NCBI GenBank assembly: GCA_025786725.1
Contig: JAHLTZ010000034.1
Coordinates: 1-64,000 of the forward strand
Direction of reading: 5' to 3'
Source: Syncephalis fuscata S228
Lineage: Eukaryota; Fungi; Zoopagomycota
Length of the DNA: 64,000 nt
Numbering within the stretch: position 1 is the stretch's first letter; each line of letters opens with the position of its first letter. Made by a program: the position numbers and the translations under genes. The notes below the pieces were generated by a model. The model worked only from the letters and a program-made list of their open reading frames with translations. It did no database searches and was not told the origin of the DNA. This document shows positions 51,532 to 64,000 of this stretch, one piece after another.

Positions 51532-52626
51532 CAAAAACTAGTTTATCGCATATTTAATTTAATACAAGGATGTAACGACTATTGGAAAGCTAAGGCAAAC
51601 GGTGCAGCAGGTTTCTGTTATGCACGATAGACCACATAAGAGCAGGATTTTCCAAGCACAACAGCTACAAACACCCCATTTTATCCCAGCCATCTCTTTA
51701 CTCAATTACCGCGCTCTCAATATAATATTAATAATATAAATTGTAGTATAGAACGCCTGTCACTATGCCAAATATCGACAAAAGCAAAATAATTATATCA
51801 GGATGGGAAAAGAACGCTACCCACTTGTGGGGAATTCCACTTCATCCACTTGGTGAAATGGATGCCATGGATTATATACTTCAAACGCCCGATGATATAA
51901 ATGAAATACGACATCGACTGTTTGGCTTTTATGCACAGCTCGTTCCTAATATGTTTATATTGTACATGTTTTCAGTCAATCTTGTACATGCGTCCAAGTT
52001 GGTTATTCATCGGCCACGCGCCGTATCTAGTTGGCTATGCACAATACCGGCACTGCTTGGAGTGATATTTGGACTATTTATGGCGTTTAGCTTATTTTCC
52101 GTTGGCATTAACTGTCGTATATTTGCATGGTATGCTAACGTATGTCTACTGACGGCAGCGATTTGTAACAGTGCTATTATGTTGCAAAAAGCATATCTTG
52201 TTCAGTGTCGACAGCGTTGGGTGTTAATTGTTGGCTTTGGGCTTATGTTGCCACAGACTGGCTATATCTATTATTCGTGGGCAACAACAATAATGACACT
52301 TGATCCAGCACTTGGCTGTGTATTCAACTATCCAACATTTCTACCGTATTATTGGTTTGGCACAGAACTTCCCCTCAATATATTATTTTCATGTATATTT
52401 ATTCGCGTGGCATACCAACAATACCGCACATTTGGATCGGAAGCATGGAAACGGCTGGCGCATGACGGTGTACAAACAATGATATGGGCAGTTTTGTGCA
52501 ATGTAATTTGTATTACAATGATTGTGCTTGAAGTAGGCAAGCAGTTTTCACAGCTGTTTTTTGTTGTAAATTGGTAAGTGCTAATTTTATTTGTATCCTA
52601 AGCTTACACACATTATAGGCTGGTTA
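51532..52626 (+). repeat. Right arm of the 1095-bp inverted repeat (partner 32899-33993)
   Basis: Identity starts at CAAAAACTAGTTT and ends at GCTGGTTA. Confidence 0.93.
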
Positions 52627-52778
52627 CTTCTAGAATCTTAATATACCACTGCCAATGCATGCGACGAACGACTCAATTATCCAATCGGCCAAAAACAGAC
52701 CATATACTTAATCTGAACGCCATTGCTACTGCTAAATCAGGGCAAATAATAAATACAGTTCATAGCGATCTCCACTAG
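51765..52778 (+). CDS. GPCR-like 7TM protein, copy C (322 aa)
   Basis: Exon 1 protein identical to copy A; intron 52574-52618; exon 2 tail ends ...LNAIATAKSGQIINTVHSDLH, TAG 52778. Confidence 0.85.
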
Positions 52779-53113
52779 CTACTCTATGGCTATAAAGTAT
52801 CGCTGCCGCAACTAATACACAAACGTATAGATATCACTTAAACTCTGTGTTTAGATATCATCAATTCCTTTTTATTTCAATTTTTAGTCATTTATACAAA
52901 TAAGCTGCTTTAATGTTTACCAATTTATAATAAAAATGCACATTTCGTAATATTGTTATACAGCAAACAAATCATTGTAAGATATTGCTTAGTAAATTCA
53001 ACTAACGCAAAAATCAATTATTTTATATTTTGTAATGTAAATATAGCTGACAAACCTTGGCTAGTATTTGTAACTTTGTTGAAATAAATATAGAAAGCAG
53101 ATCTAACCAAAAT

Positions 53114-53985
53114 TTAATATATTTCATCAAATGGCTGTGTATCGTTAAAACAACTGTCAAATACTTCGTGCACCGCACGTTCGGCAACGCCTGGCCCAGA
53201 GCATGGTGGATTCTGGCTCACAGATAGGATAGCTCGACGTTTAACGCAAGCCTACATTTATTGTCAATAATTGCATAACGAATGATGTCTAATTACCTGG
53301 AGCTGCTTAACAAACTTAAAATTACCCCGCGACATTTCCCGTAGCCATCCGCAATCTCCACTGAGTGTGGCTGCCCGTACTTCTGAGCAAGCATGATGCC
53401 TGCAATCGCTCCAATCCACATCAAATTTACTATTTATAGCTTTATTAATCACTAAACACTACATTCGATATTTGCCATATCACTTACCAATGATCGTAGG
53501 CATGCACCATTTCATGGGCTATTGTCTCCTCCATATGATTGATGTTGTAGAATCGATTCTGACACAACAGAATGCCGTACTCGGGACTAAATCCACCACT
53601 ACGTGTATTATCGCATGGCATACACTTTAATTCTTCTGGCTTTATGGGACAGCCAACTTTGGCTAGCTCCTTGCTCATAAAACGTACTATTGGACCTACA
53701 CCATCGTTATTAGTCCCGCAACAATAGTCGTCTATTCTCTGATTACTTACTATTTTTTGCCAGTTGGTTGCGCCATTTTTCGCAGCGCTGACAGTCTTCT
53801 GCCTCTTGTCTTTTTCTAGTATCTGTATCTGCGTTGGCTCCTTCTAAGCCACTCATATAAGTAAAGCGTTTTTGCCAGTGTTCAAATAAACGCTGATTCC
53901 GATTTTTCTGCGGAAAATCTGAATCTTTTATAGCTGTTTTTGAACGTGATTCAAAAGCAGTATCAATCAAAGGATCTGTTGACAT
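53114..53985 (-). CDS. ATP23: Mitochondrial inner membrane metalloprotease (peptidase M76)
   Basis: [24 protein letters not shown] zinc motif, [17 protein letters not shown]-terminal DTQPFDEIY. Confidence 0.94.
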
Positions 53986-54411
53986 ACTGGCGTATTATTT
54001 AGTGAATTTAGATTTAAAGAAAATAAGAAAATAAAGTGGCTATCGCAGCTAGTATTCATACTCATATTATTATTGTTATTAAAGCGGTATTCCAATATTT
54101 TTTGGCCTTTCAACCTTGAGTGTAAGTAGCTAGCTATTGTGGTGTCACTTCATCTTTGCACCTTTCCTTCATCTACCCTCTTTACTCAACAGATCCATAG
54201 CTGATTATAATCGTACGCGTAGCGCTGTTGTTAATTACCGTTCAATTCTTGTTCCAGCCGTATTTGCGCGTGCCAATTCCGCATTCAACATTGTATCCAG
54301 CTATAATCCGGCCATTTTCGCGTTAGTATCGAGTGCAACGTGGACTTGTTGCACCCGATAGCATAAATCTATACAGCTGAATTCAGCGTGAATAGTCGTG
54401 GTCGACGAAGG

Positions 54412-57400
54412 ATGGCTTCACATACAGCGACTGCCCAGGTGCTTCAAGCACTTTCTGCTCTTTACGGCACCAGTGACTCAGCAACCAAAGAGCAGGCCAA
54501 TCGCTGGTTGGGCGAATTTCAAAGTACAGTAAGTAAGCTGTTTAACGTATTTATACTTTATATATAATGTGATAACTCACACATTTGCTTTTCGTCAAGG
54601 AAGCAGCATGGAAAACGGCCGATGGGCTGTTAAGTGACAGTGCTGGTAATTTGGAGGTGCGTTTGTTTGCCGCACAAACGTTTCGTAAAAAGGTAAGATA
54701 TACCATTAAATTAAATTAAATATTGAATAATGCTGACGATGTACATTTATTTAGATTACGTATGATCTGCACCAACTCGACACGGCAGCGCGTCTATCGC
54801 TAAGAGATGCGCTGCTTATGCAGTTGGCACAGTATAAGACTGGACCGACTGTGCTTATTACACAGATCTGTTTGGCATTAGCCGCTCTTGCAATGCAGCT
54901 GCCCGAATGGACTGATGTGATACCACAAATGATTAAACTGTATGGTTCAGATGCGGAAAGTGCATCATGTCTTTTGGAATTTATTACAATTCTACCAGAA
55001 GAAATTAATGGAAATCATCGAATTCCTATAACGGTATGATACAGAAATTGCAGGTCATTTACAATACTAATTCGAACTAGGATGACGAATTTAATGAACG
55101 CTCAAGGGTGCTTTTGTCCGACAGCGCATCTGAAGTATTTCGTCTTTTAGTATTGTATATGCAAAACTCTGGTAATTAATAATTATGTCGACTAATATAC
55201 TATAAACTAACCGACATGATAGGCACTAATGTGTCCATGCAAACCGCGTATTTAAATGTTTATTAAGCTGGATTCGGTCTGGTGATATTCCTATTGTTGA
55301 ACTGGCCAACAGTCCATTGTTTAATGTGTCATTTGATGCATTACAATCACCAGAATTGTTTGACATGGCTGTGGATGTTATTTGCGAGATTATTCGAGAG
55401 ACCCGCGAAGTTCATGAATATATGGCAGTTATAGAGCAAATCTACACGAAGCTACTATCAATACGTCCTATGATTACTGCTGCGGCTGATGATGAAGATC
55501 AGCTACGAGGTCTGTGTCGAATCTTCACTGAAGCAGGTGAAGCCTACGTATCACTAATGGTAACGCATGTTGAAGCATTCCGTGGTATTATTGAAGGAAT
55601 ATTGGCGTGTATTACCGCAAATGAACTTGATATCGTCAAAATGACGTTTAATTTCTGGTACTCGCTGACACAATTCTTAGACACAGAACGGCACGAATCT
55701 GTAAAACCGCAATTTGTTGAAGTATTTCGCAGCTTGGTAGAAATCATTATTCGCCATCTTCATTATCCAGAAGATTTGAGTACTTGGATTGCCGAGGAGC
55801 GTGACGACTTTAGAGACTTTCGACATGAAATGGGCGATGTTCTAAAGGACTGCTGCGTTATTCTTGGTATTACAGAAGCACTTGCCATTCCTTGCCATCG
55901 TTTAGAAGGCTTATTGGCTACTCCTACCACTCCTTGGCAGGAGATTGAAGCACCATTGTTTTCATTAAGAACAATGGGATCGGAAGTACCAACCGATGAG
56001 GCGGATATGATGCCACGAATCATGTCACTACTAGCCCGACTTCCAGAACATCCTAAAATTCGCTATGCAGCCATTTTAGTAATTGCTCGCTATACGCAAT
56101 GGACCAGCTTCCATCCTGAATTCATTGACTATCAAATGAATTTAATATCTCGTGGATTTGACAATGAAGAAGTGTCAGCTGCATCGGCTATGGCTCTTAA
56201 ATATCTGTGTAAAGATGCAAGCAAGGTAAATATTTACTAAACACTAGTTATTAGTATAGATGTTAATACTATTACTATTATTACTATTAGCTATTAGTCT
56301 CGTATTTAACTACATTGCATCCATTTTACGTAAATGCTTGCAAAACACTAAATCGTGATGATTTACTTGAAATTACCGAAGCATTATCCCACGTCATTTC
56401 TGTCGTACCTACTGGTGAAGTGTTAAAAACACTCCAAACATTCTGTTTACCTGTGTGTCAGAATTTGCATGAGATTGCTAGTAAAGGTTCACAAATACCT
56501 GAAAGTGAACGATCTAAGGTGGCAGGCACGTGTAAATGTTGTACTAAATACTAAATACTAGCTAATAATTTTATTTGTAATTAGAATATTTGGATCAATT
56601 GGCTATTTTCTTGAGCGTTGTAGCTCCTGATGTACCCCATGATCAAGTACATCCATGCTTGCCATTGGTAAAAGATTTAATGCCAGTTTTTGACTTGTTG
56701 CAAACAAATCTTGGTAGCCACCTAGCTGTAGCAGAAGCTCTTTGCAAATGCTATACAGCCTGTGTAGAAAGCTATGGACTACACTTCCGGCCAATGTTAC
56801 AACAGCTAATGGAAAGGCTGGGTGCCACATTTGCCGCCACCGATCTTAGCTGCTACTTGTGGGTCGCTCGCAAGTGTGTTCGTTCATTAGACGGTGCTGC
56901 AGATAGTGCACCAATGGCTACTGCGTTCGTTGAAGCATTAAGTAGTGTCATGTTTGCTATAGTACAAAAGACGGCACAAGTCTCAGAGATACCGGATGTC
57001 GTTGAAGAATACTTCGACTACTACTCATCTTCCACCAAGACTATCCAGGTGTTTTGATACGCTCGCCTATTTTCAATTCTGTATTCCAGTGTGCAATGGC
57101 CTGTCTAGGCGTTAATCAGCCATATCCACTTATTTCTGTCTTGGACTTTATCCGGGAAATACTGGCCAGTGGTCTGAACGTGTCTAACACTGCTGTTTAC
57201 TCAACGGCTGAATGTGCAATTGTAGTACAAGTAGCAAGCGAACACGGGAAAACATTGACTACATTACTGGTGGACAGTACTTTCCACAATATGCCACGAG
57301 ATATGGTATCAGATGCAGCCATTATACTTGAAATTATGGCGCAGCTTGCTCCAATGGAAGGTGCCCACTGGGTGGCAGAAGAGGTTGGTAAAGTTCCAGA

Positions 57401-57626
57401 GAACCGTTTGGCTCCTACAAAGCGAGATCAATTTATTAAAGCATATACAGGGTATGTAACTATATGAAACTAAATGGCTAAATGAATATATTTTACTAAT
57501 ATGTACTGTAATTGAAATAGAGCAATTCAAAACAAAGAATGGCGTCGTCTACGTCGTCTTATCAACGATTTGGTTGCTTATTATTGGCGACAAAATTCCC
57601 GTTCATCTAACGGAATACAACCATAA
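54412..57626 (+). CDS. MTR10: Importin-beta family transportin-SR (Mtr10/TNPO3)
   Basis: QANRWLGEFQ, LFAAQTFRKKITYDL, TQICLALAALA, DFRDFRHEMGDVLKDCC, WQEIEAPLFSLR. GC-AG intron 56526-56584; apparent 1-nt deletions near 55245 and 57014. Confidence 0.92.
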
Positions 57627-57752
57627 TGAATTTCGCTTGCTTGCTTGCTTACTTAAACACACACACTACTCTATTGTTGTTGTTATGATTGCGTGACGTC
57701 CATTTAAAAATATCATTTGTCAACTACCACTAAATATCTTCTTTTTTTCTTT

Positions 57753-59177
57753 TCAGGCGAGTACGCCGTGTGCAAATCGATGCCGTGCCATAACATCCAC
57801 ATCGTATGCAGCCACTGAGTTTTCTGTACCTAAACAGCATTGCATGTAAATATGTCGCAGTAGATAATTGCTATCCTTACTTACCCACAAATAGCCGGGT
57901 ACCACATGGCGAGAAATCCATACCAGCAATGTGCTGATCTGTATCAGAAGCAATACAGACAGACTGCCGGTCTTGGTAAGTACGGGCATCTACAACATTG
58001 ACATAATTGATATGCTGTGTAATGGGCGTGTTAGTTCTATAATAATGAGTATGGCAGGTATAAATCATGGTATCTACCTCACTAAAGGCCAATAGATCAA
58101 CTGCACCCGATTGAGAGAATTTGGCGCAACGAACGGCACCGCGTACACGCGATGGTTGCTATAAGTATAGAAGTAATCAAATAATCAAATAAACGAATAA
58201 ATGGATATTAGATATAGATGGTACATTAATAAATATTTGTATTCAGTATTTTAAATAAAATTCATCTATTAAACTGCTTACCTGTGTGCAGGTCAATGAA
58301 GCCAACTTTTCTGACGATCGAATATCCCATACGGTTACTTGGCCATCTTGTGATGTCACCACAAATTGATTACCCGTTCTATTCCAAGCGGTGCTGAATC
58401 CAGCATCATCAGCGCCTAATTGTATCAATATAAATGATTGCAAAGTGTATATTATTTCTGTAATTACTTACCTTTAAGCGTAGCAATATGAAAATAGCCG
58501 CCACTTCTCACGTCAAACATAAAGATTTCATCACTATCGCCAACTGCCACCATACGCTTGCCATCTGGACTGACCGAGGCTACATGATCAATTAATAGTA
58601 AGCTATACTATACTGATCAAAACAGCTAGTATCGTGTATCACTTGCCATGATTGACGGCGACGGGTAGTTGTACAGTCGCTACTTTATTAAGATCTGGCA
58701 AGGTGAACGCCTTAATGGTTTGGTCGTTATTACAAACGACAACACGATCCTGATCAAGATGTCTTGATATATGAATGGCGTTGTTAATAGTACCGCCAAC
58801 CTGTGTATCGACCGACCTATTAATAGAATTAAAATAAATATATATATGTACAATAATAATAATGACAATAATAAACAGATTAATAAAAGGGACTGCTGTT
58901 TATTGATGTATTAGCCTACCAATTGCTATCAAGTTCTCTGATAGATAATTGACTTCGTTGACCGCCTACAGCAATGTAGCCACATCTATAGTAAATGCAT
59001 ATTAAATTTGACTGATATTGATACATGTAATTATATTTACCCTATAGCCATGGATACTGGAGTAAACGGCAGATATTTCATCACTGGCGTAGTCTGTAAA
59101 GATATTAATGTCAATAATTTATCGAATGGTTTTCTACATCGATGTAAACGTGGTCGTCGTTGCTGTAGATGCTGGTG

Positions 59178-59209
<32 letters not shown>

Positions 59210-59661
59210 GCTGCTGTTCATACTGATATTGATATGTCTTGTTTATTAGAATTTGTAGAAATCAGCAATGATAGCCAGAGCGATGACGATATTTACTTTC
59301 AATACTCTCACACTAAACCCATTTCCCTTTACCACTTATCAGCCTACCTCATTGTTAAATGGACAGTAACGAAGGACATTATTTTGATTAACAGTAAACA
59401 GCTCATCTCGCGTAAATGGACACAATAAAAGATCACGTAGTTGCCTTTAGCATTAATAAGCAGCGTATATTTTAGAATTAACGAATTTACAATAGTACTG
59501 CTTACCAGTGCTGTATAGTTAATTTTAAAGGATATTTGATAGGTGTTGAGGATAGAAAGGAGGCTCCTTCGCTATTACAAGCACGGCTATAACTAATAGA
59601 TTAGTACTAGTATTTTTATATTGCTTCAAAAGCTCTACCTTGTATTGTTAAATCGCGTCAT
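57753..59661 (-). CDS. WD40-repeat protein of the DUF2415 type, many short exons
   Basis: TIQHWQLRDLL, VGGTINNAIHI, VNHASVSPDG, SQDGQVTVWDIR, GAVRCAKFS..DLLAFSE, VNVVDART, IAGMDFSPCG. Confidence 0.82.
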
Positions 59662-60682
59662 TATGCAGTGTATAGATTCCTGCTGTTGCAGCCACTAGCG
59701 ATACTATTGGAAGATAATAAGAATAAAGTGATTGTTTAATACTGCATTTGCATTGACAATTTGACGCAGCCACTTATTAGCAACAAGCTTAGTTGGTTGT
59801 CAAGACGATAGAAGGGGTATTGCTTATCAATATATCACAACATTTACTTTATATGTCTCACATATTCATAGTGTTGATGTAATAACGATAGTTGTTATTG
59901 CCATAGTTGGTAATTTACAAATACCAATTTCCCACACTATAGAATAGTAGCTACACATTTTTGCCATATTCCAAATGCTATTTATTACTAGAAGAAGCTA
60001 ATGATTTATATAGCTATATTTTATATAATACATCGTAACATATTTTCACGTATTTATATATGTTTATAATTGCTAGTCTATTTTAATTGTAACACTATAA
60101 ACTATTGCAAATAATTAAAATTGGCACATAATAGATTAAATTTATGATACAATCAACAGAAACATTTCCTATCTTTGAAACATGGATGAACAATTGTTAT
60201 TGTTATTAGCCATGTGAGGTAAAGGGTGTTTAGAAATGTAGTAGATTTATCAAAGTTGCTATATTTACACTCTAGTTTTGGCAAATAAAAGTTGTAAGCC
60301 ACAGAATAAACTGATAATAAAAAACTGTAGTTTTAATCAATGATCTCATTATTTCACACATGCAATAGACTGGTATTTACAACTACCGGCTATATTACAT
60401 TAAAAAGAAATCTATAGAATCATAGAGAAAGAATTGCATCCTACAATATTCCCCCGAGACCTTCCGAATCTACACTCTGGCCAATAGACGACCGAGTTTT
60501 CTTTTTCTTTTTTCTTTGCTGACCGAGTCAACGACTATTTCTATCGAGACTTCAGCTGTCCCGGCAGTGTTGAGTGTGTCTTCACGTCACGCTTTTCTCG
60601 ATTGTGTTTCCACTGTGATTCTGTGCATACTGCCGTGTAGTCTGTATAGATTAAGACATAGTTATTTTGAACGACAACCATT

Positions 60683-62917
60683 ATGTTTTCCAAATTGCTT
60701 GCTCGTCCAGCTATGGCCAGTAGCCTACGTGCTACTGCTATGCGCTCGGTAAGTTGATCAATATGGTATTGGCATATATCAGTATATGCCGACCATCGCA
60801 CTCTTACAAATAGATCTGATTTGCTAACGCGTATTGCTGTAATTACTAGGCTTTTCGTCAATCGCCAGCTGTAGCTAGCGCATTTGCACGTTACGAAAGG
60901 TAAGTTAGCCATGATCTAGACTGATTGGCACAAAAAGTATGCATATATCGTAGTTACTGACTGTATTTATTATTTTAGTACTAATGCCAAAGTCCAAGGT
61001 GCAGTGATCGGTATTGATCTCGGCACAACAAACTCGTGTGTTGCCGTGATGGAGGGCAAAACGCCACGCGTTATTGAAAACTCAGAGGGTGGTCGTACTA
61101 CGCCATCTGTCATTGCTTTCACCAAGGAAGGTGAGCGTTTGGTTGGTGTGCCCGCTAAGCGTCAAGCCGTCGTCAATCCAGAAAATACGCTATTTGCCAC
61201 CAAACGTCTTATTGGTCGTCGATTCGAAGATAAAGAGGTGAAGTCAGATATCAGCAGTGTTCCATTTAAGATTGTGCCACACACAAATGGCGATGCTTGG
61301 GTTGAAGCCCGTGGCAAGAAATACAGTCCATCGCAAATGGGTGCTTTTGTCGTTGGCAAGATGAAGGAAACTGCCGAAGCTTATCTTGGCAAGACAGTTA
61401 AGAACGCAGTCGTCACCGTACCAGCCTACTTCAACGATTCGCAACGTCAAGCTACCAAGGACGCTGGTCAAATTGCCGGTCTTAATGTACTCCGTGTTAT
61501 TAACGAGCCTACCGCAGCTGCTCTAGCCTACGGTCTAGACAAGGTTGAAGACAAGACAGTTGCCGTGTACGATTTGGGTGGTGGTACCTTTGATATCTCT
61601 GTATTGGAAATCCAAAAGGGCGTCTTTGAAGTAAAGAGCACCAACGGTGATACGCATTTGGGTGGTGAAGACTTTGACATTAAGTTGGTCAACAAGATTG
61701 TTGCAGATTTCAAGGCATCCGATGGCATTGACTTGTCAAAAGACCGCATGGCTGTCCAGCGTATTCGTGAGGCTGCCGAAAAGGCCAAGATTGAATTGTC
61801 ATCTACCGTACAAACCGATATTAACCTGCCATACATTACCGCTGATGCCAGTGGCCCCAAACACATTAACATGAAGTTGTCGCGTGCCAACTTTGAATCA
61901 CTTGTCAAGCCATTGATCGACCGCACCATCGATCCATGCAAGATTGCCATGAAGGACGCCAGCGTGACTAGCAAAGATATTAGCGAGGTTATCCTTGTTG
62001 GTGGTATGTCGCGTATGCCAAAGGTTATCGATATTGTCAAAGGTCTATTCGGCCGCGATCCAACCAAGAGTGTCAATCCAGACGAAGCGGTAGCTATTGG
62101 TGCCGCCATTCAAGGTGGTGTATTGGCCGGTGAAGTTACTAGCGTTCTATTGCTGGATGTAACACCATTGTCGCTTGGTATTGAGACATTGGGCGGTGTA
62201 TTTACTCGTTTGATCAACCGTAACACAACAATTCCAACCAAGAAGTCGCAGGTATTCTCTACTGCCGCTGATGGCCAAACAGCCGTAGAGATTAAGGTGT
62301 TCCAGGGTGAACGTGAGCTTGTACGCGATAACAAGATGTTGGGCAACTTCCAATTGACCGGTCTACCACCTGCACCTAAAGGTATTCCACAAGTCGAAGT
62401 CACCTTCGACATTGATGCCGACGGCATTGTCAATGTCAGCGCCAAGGACAAGGCCACCAACAAGGACCAATCGATCACTATTGCCGCATCGTCTGGTTTG
62501 AGCAAGGACGAGATTGCCGACATGATCTCACAGGCTGAAGAGCATGCTGATGCTGATCGTATGCGTAAGGAATCGATTGAAGCCTCTAACCAAGCCGATT
62601 CTATCATCCATGACACTGAAAAGGCCATGTCTGAACACAAGGACCAACTTGACAAGGCTGAGGCTGAAAAGATTAAGCAACAGTTGACTGAATTGCGTGA
62701 ATTGGCCGCCAAGGCACAAGCTGGCGACGGTGAAGTGAAGCCAGATGATTTGCGTGCCAAATCTGGTGAAGTGCAACAAGCTAGCTTGAAGCTCTTTGAA
62801 ATGGTCTACAAGAACCGTGCCGCTCAAAACAACACCTCATCCGACTCTTCTTCATCATCCGACTCTTCATCCGAAGCCAAGGATGCCGACTACAAGGATG
62901 TTAATGATAAGAAATAA
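60683..62917 (+). CDS. SSC1: Mitochondrial Hsp70 chaperone
   Basis: Arg/Ser/Ala-rich presequence over two short exons; [11 protein letters not shown], the organellar signature [13 protein letters not shown]; no EEVD tail. Confidence 0.96.
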
Positions 62918-63325
62918 GTTATACCATGTTAATAGTAATATTGTTCATTAATCGACTATATTATTAGTCTTTTATTACTAGCATTATTACTTTTACACAC
63001 CACCCGCGCCTATTATTGTTGACCACAAACATTATTGCCATCCCATTGACTTTATTGTTTACGACAATTTACATGCGCGTGTAATATGCTTTTATGATTG
63101 AAAATGAATAAACAAATGATCTATTGATCTAAACAAATTGGTCTAATAGCAATAATCATATATCAATTAAATTAATACAATCTGGTTATTAATTAGATAA
63201 TGTCGTGTAATACGCTAATTAATCAACAATTTGGTCATTAATAAACAGATTATCATATTTGTACCGACGCATATTACACGACGCTAATAATTCTACTGCT
63301 TTCCTATTCTCTTTTGTTCAACACT

Positions 63326-64000
63326 ATGGCCGTTGTACTGCATCTTTTAGCGTATATCGGGCTATTCTCCGCGCTGATTCTAGTGACTATGTCACTGGGT
63401 AAGTAATCCATATTGATCTATTCAATAGCGATTAATATGACGCTTGTATTTAGCCTGTGGCCTATACTATTTGTCAGAACTTGTAGAAGAACATACAGTA
63501 TTGGCAGGACGGGCTATTCGTTGGATGACATGGGTCAGTAACGGTATAACAATTCATATTGGAATTGGATGAGATTAATTGTATATTGATGATATATATA
63601 ACTTGTAGACTGTCGCGGCAATTCAACTGGCTTTACTGTTTGACGGTCTTCCACTGCTGCGCGTATTTTATTCACTCGCCTGTCTAATAACGCTTAGTAC
63701 AAATATGCTGAATTTCCCCAATATACGACTATCAAGTCCAACATTTATACTTGGCTGTCGTAAGTAATATTGAAATATAGTTTTATAGATAAAACTGACC
63801 ATAACAACTATTTAGTTATGACGGTTGTTAATCATTTTCTATGGTTCCAGTACTTTAGTGCACATCCAGCAACATTGCTACAAGTGGCAGCATTCTTTGG
63901 TATATGTGTATGGCTTGTACCATTTGCTTATTTCCTTTCTTTAAGCACTGGCGATAATAGTTTGCCAACATTTGGTAAGTAGAATGTATGAATATGTATA
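63326..64000 (+). CDS. SVP26: Svp26/TEX261 ER-Golgi cargo adaptor, 3' end outside window
   Basis: SLACGLYYLSELVEEHT, VVNHFLWFQYF, FFGICVWLVPFAYFLSLSTGDNSLP. Confidence 0.88.

Noticed and set aside
60405-60475. Heat-shock element upstream of SSC1
   Set aside because: GAA/TTC triplets are present but not in correct alternating 5-bp register.
61162-62827. Long antisense ORFs over Hsp70
   Set aside because: Well-known consequence of Hsp70 codon bias; no independent coding evidence.

Overview
Eukaryotic, intron-rich fungal DNA with short (mostly 45-100 nt) introns and very AT-rich intergenic blocks. Gene content and style suggest an early-diverging fungus, possibly a Zoopagomycota such as Syncephalis; this is inference only. 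About 22 protein-coding loci were found. Housekeeping genes: kinesin-4-like motor, Bem2-like RasGEF/PH/RhoGAP, PSO2/SNM1, ubiquitin C-terminal hydrolase, two 1-Cys peroxiredoxins, MATE transporter, CCT7, Ap4A phosphorylase, ATP23, MTR10, a DUF2415-type WD40 protein, mitochondrial Hsp70 and a partial SVP26. The 31.6-52.8 kb block is enriched in surface and secreted orphans. The most striking structure is a trio of GPCR-like 7TM genes with near-identical receptor bodies but a different C-terminal tail exon in each copy. Two copies form a 1095-bp inverted repeat around a 17.5-kb segment, and the third is a sharp-edged mosaic. Several foldback (long inverted repeat) elements of different ages are also present, and repeat copies show a strong C:G to T:A bias. 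About nine single-base frameshifts in conserved genes most likely reflect long-read assembly errors. No tRNA, rRNA, CRISPR array or transposase was recognised. All alignments, counts and splice models were done by hand and need computational confirmation.
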